Part shown: positions 46,153 through 53,387 of the stretch, piece after piece | Layout of the letters: each line of letters starts with the position of its first letter | Numbering within the stretch: the stretch's first letter is position 1 | DNA from: Dehalococcoidia bacterium | Lineage (GTDB): Bacteria; Chloroflexota; Dehalococcoidia; UBA2979 | Reading direction: 5' to 3' | Assembly (NCBI GenBank): GCA_023228825.1 | Contig: JALOAL010000003.1 | Location: forward strand, 123,956 to 187,955 | Length of the DNA stretch: 64,000 bases | Notes under the pieces: generated by a model | The model's database searches: none | What the model was told of the DNA's origin: nothing | Seen by the model: the letters and a program-made list of their open reading frames with translations, nothing else | Translations under genes and position numbers: made by a program

Positions 46153-46677
46153 CTACTCCGGTGGCGTGGAGGGCGCGTCCTCCGTGTAGGGCGCGCGGGG
46201 CGGCGCCTCCGGCCAGTCGTCCGGCGGCTGGTCCGCGCCCACGCGGCGGAACAGCACCCAGCCCGACGAGAGCGCAAGGAAGCCGGAGGCCAGGATGAGG
46301 CCCAGGATGAGGACGTCCGAGGTGGTGTTGCGAAAGCCCTGGTCGAACAGGTCGCCGGTGTGATCGAGCACGGCGGCGATCAGCCACCCCGCGCCCACCA
46401 CCAGCGATCCCCAGTAGCCGATGCGCCACCCGCGCCATGTGAACGCGGCGATGGCGCCCTGCACCAGGAACACCGCCGCGAGGAAGATCGACGCCGACGT
46501 GGCGTCCAGGTTGAAGCGTTCCTCCGGCACCCCGTGGGCGAAGTCCTCCAGCGAGTGCGCCAGCGCGAAGAACAGCAGCACGAACCCAAGCACAGACGTG
46601 GTCCAACGCCACCGCCCTCGTCCCCGTCGTGCCGCCAGTTCGTCGTCCATGCGCACGATCGTACGAGCGCCCGACAA
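46153..46677 (-). CDS. Hypothetical 4-TM membrane protein
   Basis: Four hydrophobic helices. The start is uncertain (GTG 46677 or ATG 46650). I recognise no family. Confidence 0.55.
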   Translation of the reverse strand: MSGARTIVRMDDELAARRGRGRWRWTTSVLGFVLLFFALAHSLEDFAHGVPEERFNLDATSASIFLAAVFLVQGAIAAFTWRGWRIGYWGSLVVGAGWLIAAVLDHTGDLFDQGFRNTTSDVLILGLILASGFLALSSGWVLFRRVGADQPPDDWPEAPPRAPYTEDAPSTPPE

Positions 46678-46721
46678 GCCTCGTGCCCTCGCCGACGCCG
46701 AGGCGCGCCCGGAGCCGCGAG

Positions 46722-46937
46722 GTGAGGGAGTCCGGTGTCTTCATCGCGCTGGTTGGCGCGGTCATACTGGTCGTGGGGCTGCTGGTTGCGGCGGGTGCGT
46801 TCGGGTGGTTCGGGCGCCTGCCGGGCGACCTGCGGTTCAGCGGCGGCAACGCGCGCGTCTACTTCCCGCTCGCCTCGACGTTGCTGATCTCGGTGGTGCT
46901 GACCGTGGTGGTGAACCTGCTGCGACGCCTGCTGTAG
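46722..46937 (+). CDS. DUF2905-family small membrane protein
   Basis: FIALVGAVILVVGLLV...FGRLPGDLRF...NARVYFPLASTLLISVVLTVVVNLL matches the family pattern. GTG 46722 has GGAG 7 nt upstream. Confidence 0.7.
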   Translation: MRESGVFIALVGAVILVVGLLVAAGAFGWFGRLPGDLRFSGGNARVYFPLASTLLISVVLTVVVNLLRRLL

Positions 46938-47090
46938 GTCCGTGCGCGTGATGCCGCTCCGTCATGCCCCCTTGAGCGCGAGGGCTGGGCCGCATACGTT
47001 TCCCGGAGTGATACGCATTGGGCGGCTCGTATCCAGACCTTCGGGGCGGGGGCTCCAGGGTGGCCGCCAGGGACGGGCTCGCGACCAGCA

Positions 47091-48041
47091 ATGACAGCAG
47101 GCCAGCGAATCTCCTCGGCGGTAGAGCACGTGCAGCGCCTGAGCCTGCGCGTGCGCATCGCGGGCGCGGCGGCGACGCTCTCCGTGCTCGCGGCCCTTGT
47201 GGTGGCGATCTCCACCGCCGGCGCCGGTGGCGAGGAGCCCACCGTCATCGCGCAGCCGCCCACGCCCACCGCCTCCCCCACGCCGAGCCCGACGCCGACG
47301 CCCACCCCCACGCCGCCCCCCTGGCCCTGGCCGTCCGATCCGGTGCCCATGGGCGAGGCGGCCGGCCTCGTGAACTCCTCGTCCATCGGCTTCCCGGCCC
47401 CACCGCCCAGCGTGCGCGTGCCGCCCGGCAACGCGGCGGGCATCGCCCGCATGATCTCGCCGGCCCTGGGCATGGACCACTACGTGGAGACGCTGGGCAT
47501 CGCGGACGGCCAGATGCAGTCGCCGGACGAGGACGGCAACCACAGCGTGGGCTGGTACGCCTCGGACGAACGGTGGACGTTCGGCGCCCCCGGCGAGGCG
47601 GGCAACTCCGTGTTCTCCGCGCACGAGACGTGGGGCCACATGACCGCGCCGTTCTACCTGTTGCACCAGGCGCGCATCGGCGACGACATCTTCCTGGAGA
47701 TGGAGGACGGCGAGAGCCGCCGCTACCAGGTGATCCGGGTCACCCGCTATCCCGTCGGCGAAATGCCCATGCGGGAGGTCCTCTGGCCCTCTGACCGGCC
47801 TGAGGAGGAGGACTGGATCACGCTCTACACCTGCGGGGGCGAGATCGTCTACGGCCCCAACGGCTACGGCGACTACCTGGACCGCGACGTGCTGGTGGCG
47901 AAGTGGGTGGGCTCCGAGTTCCCGACCGGCGCCCCCACTGCCGAGACGCCCAGCGCGGGCCCTCAGCAGGACGCCCCCGCAGACGAGCCTCCGCCCGTGG
48001 CGCCCGTGGCGCCCGAGGCCCCCGACCTTTCGGCGGAGTAA
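47091..48041 (+). CDS. Sortase-family transpeptidase (class F-like): N-terminal TM, Pro/Thr linker, catalytic domain
   Basis: NSVFSAHE (catalytic His), ITLYTCGG (TLxTC catalytic Cys) and a downstream Arg (DRDVLVA). Confidence 0.8.
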   Translation: MTAGQRISSAVEHVQRLSLRVRIAGAAATLSVLAALVVAISTAGAGGEEPTVIAQPPTPTASPTPSPTPTPTPTPPPWPWPSDPVPMGEAAGLVNSSSIGFPAPPPSVRVPPGNAAGIARMISPALGMDHYVETLGIADGQMQSPDEDGNHSVGWYASDERWTFGAPGEAGNSVFSAHETWGHMTAPFYLLHQARIGDDIFLEMEDGESRRYQVIRVTRYPVGEMPMREVLWPSDRPEEEDWITLYTCGGEIVYGPNGYGDYLDRDVLVAKWVGSEFPTGAPTAETPSAGPQQDAPADEPPPVAPVAPEAPDLSAE

Positions 48042-48062
48042 CGGCTTTCGGCGGAGTAACCG
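48027..48062. repeat. 18-nt tandem duplication spanning the sortase stop codon
   Basis: ctttcggcggagtaacgg / ctttcggcggagtaaccg (17 of 18 identical), read directly. Confidence 0.85.
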
Positions 48063-48309
48063 GGCGCCCCTCCGCACGAGCGGACGAACAACAACCTCTT
48101 GATGCACGGGACGTGCGGGGCGACGCGGGCCACGCTCCTCCCCCCGACGGACTGCGCGAGGGCCTCCCGGTCTACATGTGGAGCGGCGGCCGCGTGGGCG
48201 AGGTGAAGGCCTGGCGGAGGGCTGCTTCGAGGTGGATCGACACGTGATCCCCACTGCCTTCTCCCACGAACTGGACGGCTTCGTCACCGTCTCGCCGTAG
48301 GCGCCGGGC

Positions 48310-48612
48310 CTACCGTCGCCCCTCCTCGTGGGCGCGGATGGCGACGGCCAACTGCTCCTTGGTCATGCGGCTGCGCCCGTTGATACCGAACTCGGCCGCG
48401 CGCTGGTAGAGGGCGTCTCGCGTGTCCTCGGCGGCCTCGCTCCCGCGGCTGGCGCGACGGGCTGACGCGCTGCCGGTGGAGGTCAACTTGCTCATGGACG
48501 TGGTGGACGTCTGCGCGTCCTTTGCCTTCGAGTTCCGGTTGCTCGTCCTGGCCGTGCTGGCCCCCGTGTTCGCGGGCGCCGTCTTCGCGCTGGACCTGGG
48601 CTGGCGAGGCAT
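48310..48612 (-). CDS. Small protein with a C-terminal Rho_N/SAP-like helix-hairpin motif (100 aa)
   Basis: ATG 48612 is preceded by GGAGGAG. The C-terminus DALYQRAAEFGINGRSRMTKEQLAVAI parallels the C-terminus of the ChaB protein at 51346. The N-terminal ~60 aa are Ser/Thr/Ala-rich and look disordered. Confidence 0.6.
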   Translation of the reverse strand: MPRQPRSSAKTAPANTGASTARTSNRNSKAKDAQTSTTSMSKLTSTGSASARRASRGSEAAEDTRDALYQRAAEFGINGRSRMTKEQLAVAIRAHEEGRR

Positions 48613-48871
48613 CCTGCTCCTCCGTCTCCGCGCGCCGCATCGACCCCAACTCGGGCTCGGGCAGGTGGCGCGCGGACGCAGTCTCCACGGACGCGGCGAG
48701 GCGATCCACAACGAGGACGCCGCAGGTCTGGCGATTTCGTCTCGACCGGGGCCGCCAGGCGCCTCGGGAGACCGCGCCGGCCTGCACCAGCGCCTCCGGC
48801 CACTCTGGGGCCTCGCGTGGCCGCCGTGCGGCAGCATTGGACGCTATGCTCCCGGCCGGAAGGGCGGGAGC

Positions 48872-49855
48872 ATGTCGCAGGGATCCCTCAGCGTGTTGAT
48901 TATCCCCAGCCTGCAGATGCCGGAGGTCTCCGCCGCCATGCTTGCGCAGGTGCGCCGGGCGGCCGGCGACGACGCCCGCATCACCGTCGCCGAAAGCACG
49001 GGCGAGGCGCTGGAGGCGATCCAGGACGCCGAGGTGCTGCTGGGCCGCATCGACTCGCGGCTGCTGGCGGCGGCGCCTCGCCTGCGCTGGGTGCACGCCA
49101 CCACCGCGGGCGCGGACGCCTACCTGTTCCCGGAGATGCTGGACTCGCCGGTACTGCTGTCGGGCGACAAGGGCCTGGTGGGCTCGCACCTGGCGGAGAC
49201 GGCGTTCGGCCTCCTGCTGGCGATCACCCGCCGCATCGCCGTCGCCATCCTGGACGGCCCCGCGTCCTGGGAGCGACGCGTGGACTACCGCCGCGAGGAG
49301 GTGGAACTGGAGGGGCTGACGATGGGCATCGTGGGCTTCGGCGGCACCGGGCGCGCCCTGGCGCGGCGTGCGGCCGCCTTCGGCATGCGCTGCATCGCCA
49401 CCGATCACCTCCCGGTGCCCGCAAGCGACGCGGTGCCCGAGGTCTGGCCGGCCGAGCGACTGGACGAGTTGCTCGCGCAGTCGGACGTGGTGGCTTCCGG
49501 GCTCCCTCTCACGCCCGCCACCCACCGCCTCTTCGACGAGCGCGCCTTCGCGCAGATGAAGCCGGGCGCCTTCTTCGTGAACGTCACGCGAGGCGAGGTG
49601 GTGGACTCGGACGCCCTTGTGCGCGCGGTGGCGTCCGGGCGCCTGGGGGGCGCCGGGCTGGACGTGACGCACGAGGAGCCGCTGCCGGCGGACCACGCGC
49701 TGTGGCGCACGCCGAACATCGTGATGACGCCGCACACCGCCGGGGCGAGTCAGTTGCGCCTGCAACGCAACCTGGACCGCTTCTGCCGCAACATTGTCCA
49801 CTACCGGGCCAGCGAACCGCTGGAGGGCCTGATCGATAAGGAAGCAGGGTACTGA
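48872..49855 (+). CDS. D-isomer-specific 2-hydroxyacid dehydrogenase family protein
   Basis: NAD-binding GIVGFGGTGRALARRA, catalytic region FVNVTRGEVVD...GAGLDVT..EPLP...L......TPHTAG. ATG 48872. The track ORF from 48422 is over-extended. Confidence 0.85.
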   Translation: MSQGSLSVLIIPSLQMPEVSAAMLAQVRRAAGDDARITVAESTGEALEAIQDAEVLLGRIDSRLLAAAPRLRWVHATTAGADAYLFPEMLDSPVLLSGDKGLVGSHLAETAFGLLLAITRRIAVAILDGPASWERRVDYRREEVELEGLTMGIVGFGGTGRALARRAAAFGMRCIATDHLPVPASDAVPEVWPAERLDELLAQSDVVASGLPLTPATHRLFDERAFAQMKPGAFFVNVTRGEVVDSDALVRAVASGRLGGAGLDVTHEEPLPADHALWRTPNIVMTPHTAGASQLRLQRNLDRFCRNIVHYRASEPLEGLIDKEAGY

Positions 49856-50406
49856 TGGCGCGCCTGCCGAACCTCACGGACCGCAGCCAGGTCCCGGAAC
49901 ACCTACGCGAGGCGTATGACCGCGTGGCCGGTCTGCGCCAGGGAGCGGTCTCCGGCCCCTACGGCGTCCTGCTGCACAGCCCGGAACTGGCCGAACTCGT
50001 CGCCGCCCTTGGCAACTACGTGCGGTGGAACGCCGCCCTCACGCCGAGGCAGACCGAGACGGCCGTGCTTGCCGCCGCGCGGGAGTGGGACGCCCGCCTG
50101 ATGTGGGGGAGCCACGTGCGGCTCGGCTCGGAGGCCGGCGTGCCGGAGGCCACGATCGAGGCCATCGGCCAGCGCCGCCCCGTCGACGGCATCGAGGCTG
50201 ACGAGGGGGCGATCGTGACCTACGTGCGGGAGTTGCTGCGCGAGCACCGCGTGACGGAGGACACGTTCCGTGCGCTGCACACGGTCGTGGGCGACCAGGG
50301 GATCGTGGACCTGACCGGCCTCGTCGGGTACTACGGGCTGGTCGCGTCGATCCTCAATGCGTTCGAGGTGGAGCCTCCGCCGGGGGCGGCGGAACTACCC
50401 GCCTGA
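49855..50406 (+). CDS. Carboxymuconolactone decarboxylase (AhpD-like) family protein
   Basis: 183 aa with helical CMD-family pattern (LL.SPELA....L......ALTPRQ.E.AVL.AARE....). The ATG overlaps the stop of the upstream dehydrogenase gene. Confidence 0.7.
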   Translation: MARLPNLTDRSQVPEHLREAYDRVAGLRQGAVSGPYGVLLHSPELAELVAALGNYVRWNAALTPRQTETAVLAAAREWDARLMWGSHVRLGSEAGVPEATIEAIGQRRPVDGIEADEGAIVTYVRELLREHRVTEDTFRALHTVVGDQGIVDLTGLVGYYGLVASILNAFEVEPPPGAAELPA

Positions 50407-51279
50407 CTGCGGAACGGCGTCCGCGAGGAACGGCCGCACGGCCGCCAGCACCGCCTCCGGCTGGTCGTGGTGCGCCCAGTGGCCCGCATCGTCGATGAAG
50501 ACCGTGCGCGCGTCTTGGAAGAACTGCTCCGCGTCCGTGCGCTGGCTGATCCGCCCGTCCCGCGCGAAGAGCAACAGCACGGGACACTCCACGGCGGCCC
50601 AGAAGCGAGGCAACTCCTCCTTGCGCACTTCCATGGAGGTGCGCCCGTTCACCCAGAGGTCGTACTTCCACACGTAGCCGCCCTCCACCGGCCGCGCGGC
50701 GAACTCCGCCAGGTGCGGCACGAAGTCCGCGGGCAGGCGGGGGTTGGCCTCCTGCACGCGCTCTGCGGCAGCGGCCAGGTCGGGGTAGACGCGCGGCTCC
50801 TGGTCCTGGAACTTGCGCAGGCGGTCTCCCCAGGCGCGCACCCACGACGGCCCCATCTCCCCCGGCGGGTTGAGCGAATGCGTGCCCTCGATCGCGACGA
50901 GGGCGGAGAAGTGCTCGGGGTACGTCCCCGCCGCGAGCAGGGAGACCGAGCCGCCGTAGGAGTGCGCCACCACGCGGGCCGGCGCGCCCACCTCCTCGAT
51001 CACGCGCACCACGTCCAGGGCGTTGTCCGGCAGGCCGTAGTTCCCGCCGACCGACCAGTCCGAGTCGCCGTGGCCGCGCAGGTCCAGGGCCACCACGTGG
51101 TAGTCGTGGCGCAACGCCTGGGCGATGCCATCCCACGCCCGCGCGTGGTCTCGGCCGCCGTGCACCAGCACCAGCGGGGGTGCGCCCTCGTTCCCCCAGT
51201 CCCAGTAGGCGATCTGGAGTCGCTGCGACCGGACGAACTTCTGCTGCGGACCGCTGTCCTCACGCGCCACGCGCACCAC
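50395..51279 (-). CDS. Alpha/beta-fold hydrolase
   Basis: PPLVLVHGGRDHARAWD, nucleophile elbow VAHSYGG, and C-terminal AGHWAHHDQPE. Confidence 0.85.
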   Translation of the reverse strand: MVRVAREDSGPQQKFVRSQRLQIAYWDWGNEGAPPLVLVHGGRDHARAWDGIAQALRHDYHVVALDLRGHGDSDWSVGGNYGLPDNALDVVRVIEEVGAPARVVAHSYGGSVSLLAAGTYPEHFSALVAIEGTHSLNPPGEMGPSWVRAWGDRLRKFQDQEPRVYPDLAAAAERVQEANPRLPADFVPHLAEFAARPVEGGYVWKYDLWVNGRTSMEVRKEELPRFWAAVECPVLLLFARDGRISQRTDAEQFFQDARTVFIDDAGHWAHHDQPEAVLAAVRPFLADAVPQSGG

Positions 51280-51345
51280 TCCTCCGCACCGCCCCCCGCA
51301 TCCGCAGGGCGCGCGGACGATAGTACGAGGCCGACGCGTAGAGCC

Positions 51346-51780
51346 CTACCGGCGACGGCTACCCGTATTCGTGGATGGCCCGTATTCGTGGATGGCAACG
51401 GCGAGTTCTTCCTTGTTCATCTTGCTGCGACCGGGGATGTCCAGTTCCTTCGCGCGTTCGTACAACTCGTCCCGTGACTGCTCCTCGCCCACCACGCGAC
51501 CGCCGCCGGTCCGGGCGGGCGTGTCGCCGTAGGAGCGAGGGCTGGTGTTGGGGCCACGGGCGGCCTGCTCGTCAGACGGGCCCCTGCGGGCCTTCTTCAC
51601 CCAGCGGTCGCCCTGCTTCTTGTAGGAGTGTTTCACCGCGGCGTAGGCGGCCCGGTGGGCACGCTCTTCGTCGCCGTCGTACGTCTCCAGCGCGGACTCG
51701 TGCGTCTCGATGAAGATGTCCTGTGCGTGCGTGTCGGAGCGCTTGAGTGTGGCGGGCAACTCGCTCCTCTTCTTCGGCAT
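51346..51780 (-). CDS. ChaB-family protein with a C-terminal Rho_N-like motif
   Basis: ELPATLKRSDTHAQDIFIETHESALETY......AHRAAYAAVKHSYKKQGDRWV (ChaB). Then ELYERAKELDIPGRSKMNKEELAVAI. The 3' end is affected by a 17-nt duplication. Confidence 0.8.
   Translation of the reverse strand: MPKKRSELPATLKRSDTHAQDIFIETHESALETYDGDEERAHRAAYAAVKHSYKKQGDRWVKKARRGPSDEQAARGPNTSPRSYGDTPARTGGGRVVGEEQSRDELYERAKELDIPGRSKMNKEELAVAIHEYGPSTNTGSRRR
51362..51395. repeat. Perfect 17-nt tandem duplication inside the 3' end of the ChaB-family gene
   Basis: cccgtattcgtggatgg x2 (51362-51378 and 51379-51395), read directly. Confidence 0.95.
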
Positions 51781-51873
51781 CTGGCTGCTCCTCTCAAGGC
51801 CTGTACCCTAGGCAGGAGGGCGCAACAGGCCGCTTGTCCGCCCGCCGCGTCCGGCTTGCGACAACCTTGCAAT

Positions 51874-51928
51874 GCCCTCGGCGCCCGGGAGAGCCCTCCG
51901 CCCGGAGAGCCCTCGGCGCCCGGGAGAG
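51874..51928. repeat. Three tandem imperfect copies of GCCCTCGGCGCCCGGGAGA in the ChaB / MFS divergent intergenic region
   Basis: gccctcggcgcccgggagag (51874-51893), the shortened copy ccctccgcccggaga, then gccctcggcgcccgggagag (51909-51928). Confidence 0.85.
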
Positions 51929-52049
51929 CCTGCGGGCCGGTGTGCGCCGGCCCCGTAGCGGGCGCCGACCTCGCCCCTACCGGGCCGCTCATTTACCTTT
52001 GCGTGACCGTCAAACCCTCTGCCGCAACCCGGTACTCCTAGGGACACGC

Positions 52050-53357
52050 TTGTCCGCCGCGAACGATCCGTTGAGCACCGCCGAGCCTGACGTAGAGCCC
52101 GGCCTCCCCCCGACCCGCCGCTTCCGCACGTTCGATGCCGTCCTCGATGTGCCCGCGTTCCGCTGGTACCTGCTCTCCATGATGGCCAACTGGTCGGGCA
52201 TGCAGATGCAGAACTTCGCCCGCGGGTACCTGGCCTACCAGATCACCGGTTCCTTCGCCGCGCTGGGCGGCATTGCGCTCGCGAACGCCATCCCCCGCCT
52301 GCTGCTGGCGCTGTCCGGGGGCGTGATCGCGGACCGCGCGAGTCGCCGTTATGTCTTGCAGGCCGGGCAGTTCGCCTCGTTCGCGATCACGGCGTGGCTG
52401 GCGGCGCTGCTGTTCGCGGGCCGGCTGACGTTTAACGACCTACTGATCGCCTCCGTCCTGCAGGGCATCGCCATGGCGTTCACGATGCCGGCCCGGCAGG
52501 CGATGATCCCGCAGATCGTGGGGCCCGAGCGCCTGACCAACGCCTTTGGCCTGAACGCCACCGCCATGAACGGCACGCGCCTCCTGATGCCGGCCCTGGC
52601 CGGCGTGCTGGTGGCTGTGGTGGGCGCGTCCTGGGTCTTCGCGCTCATGGCCGCCATGTTCCTGCTGGCCTTCCTCGCGATGTTCCGCGTGCCGAAGGAA
52701 CCGCCAGCCGCGGCCGGCGCCGCGCGGCCTCGAGGCGGGGGCGGCCGCAGTGGCGTGGGCGACATCGTGGAGGCGTTCCGCTACCTGCGGCATCAGCGCG
52801 TGCTGGCCACCTTGCTGGGCGTCCACCTGTTCGTGGTGCTCCTGACCATGCCCTATCAGCGCCTGCTTCCGGGCTTTGTAGACGAGGTGCTGGCGACGAA
52901 CGAGAGTGAGTCCGCGTTCATCCTGGGCCTGCTGCTGGCCGTGACCGGCGGCGGCGCGCTGATCGGCTCGCTCGTGGTGGCCTCGCTCCCCGACCGGCGC
53001 CGCGGGCTGCTACTGGTCGGGAGCATGACGATGTTCGCGCTGGCGCTGCTGGCCTTCGCGTGGTCCGGGAACGTCTGGCTCAGCGTGGGGATCGTGCTCG
53101 TCCTGGGCTTCGGCCAGGCGGGACGGCAGTCGCTGAACCAGATCCTGATCCAGACCCACGTGGACGACGCCTACCGCGGCCGCATCAGCAGCATCATGAT
53201 GATGGAGATGGGGCTGGAGTCCTTCGGCACGTTCGGCTTCGCCCTCTTCGCGGCGGCGTTCGGCGGGGCGTGGGCGTTCACGCTGGTGGCGGTGGGCCTG
53301 GTGGTGGTGGCGGCGGTGATCGTGTTCTTCCTGCCCTCCTACCGCCGCCTCGAGTAG
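52050..53357 (+). CDS. MFS transporter (MFS_3 / EntS-like)
   Basis: About 12 TM, with ALSGGVIADRASRR (motif A-like). The start is uncertain: TTG 52050 was chosen so that TM1 (FRWYLLSMMANW...) is included. The track ORF from 51747 over-extends. Confidence 0.75.
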   Translation: MSAANDPLSTAEPDVEPGLPPTRRFRTFDAVLDVPAFRWYLLSMMANWSGMQMQNFARGYLAYQITGSFAALGGIALANAIPRLLLALSGGVIADRASRRYVLQAGQFASFAITAWLAALLFAGRLTFNDLLIASVLQGIAMAFTMPARQAMIPQIVGPERLTNAFGLNATAMNGTRLLMPALAGVLVAVVGASWVFALMAAMFLLAFLAMFRVPKEPPAAAGAARPRGGGGRSGVGDIVEAFRYLRHQRVLATLLGVHLFVVLLTMPYQRLLPGFVDEVLATNESESAFILGLLLAVTGGGALIGSLVVASLPDRRRGLLLVGSMTMFALALLAFAWSGNVWLSVGIVLVLGFGQAGRQSLNQILIQTHVDDAYRGRISSIMMMEMGLESFGTFGFALFAAAFGGAWAFTLVAVGLVVVAAVIVFFLPSYRRLE

Positions 53358-53387
53358 CCCCCGCGTCCGCCGCGAGCGGCAGACTTC

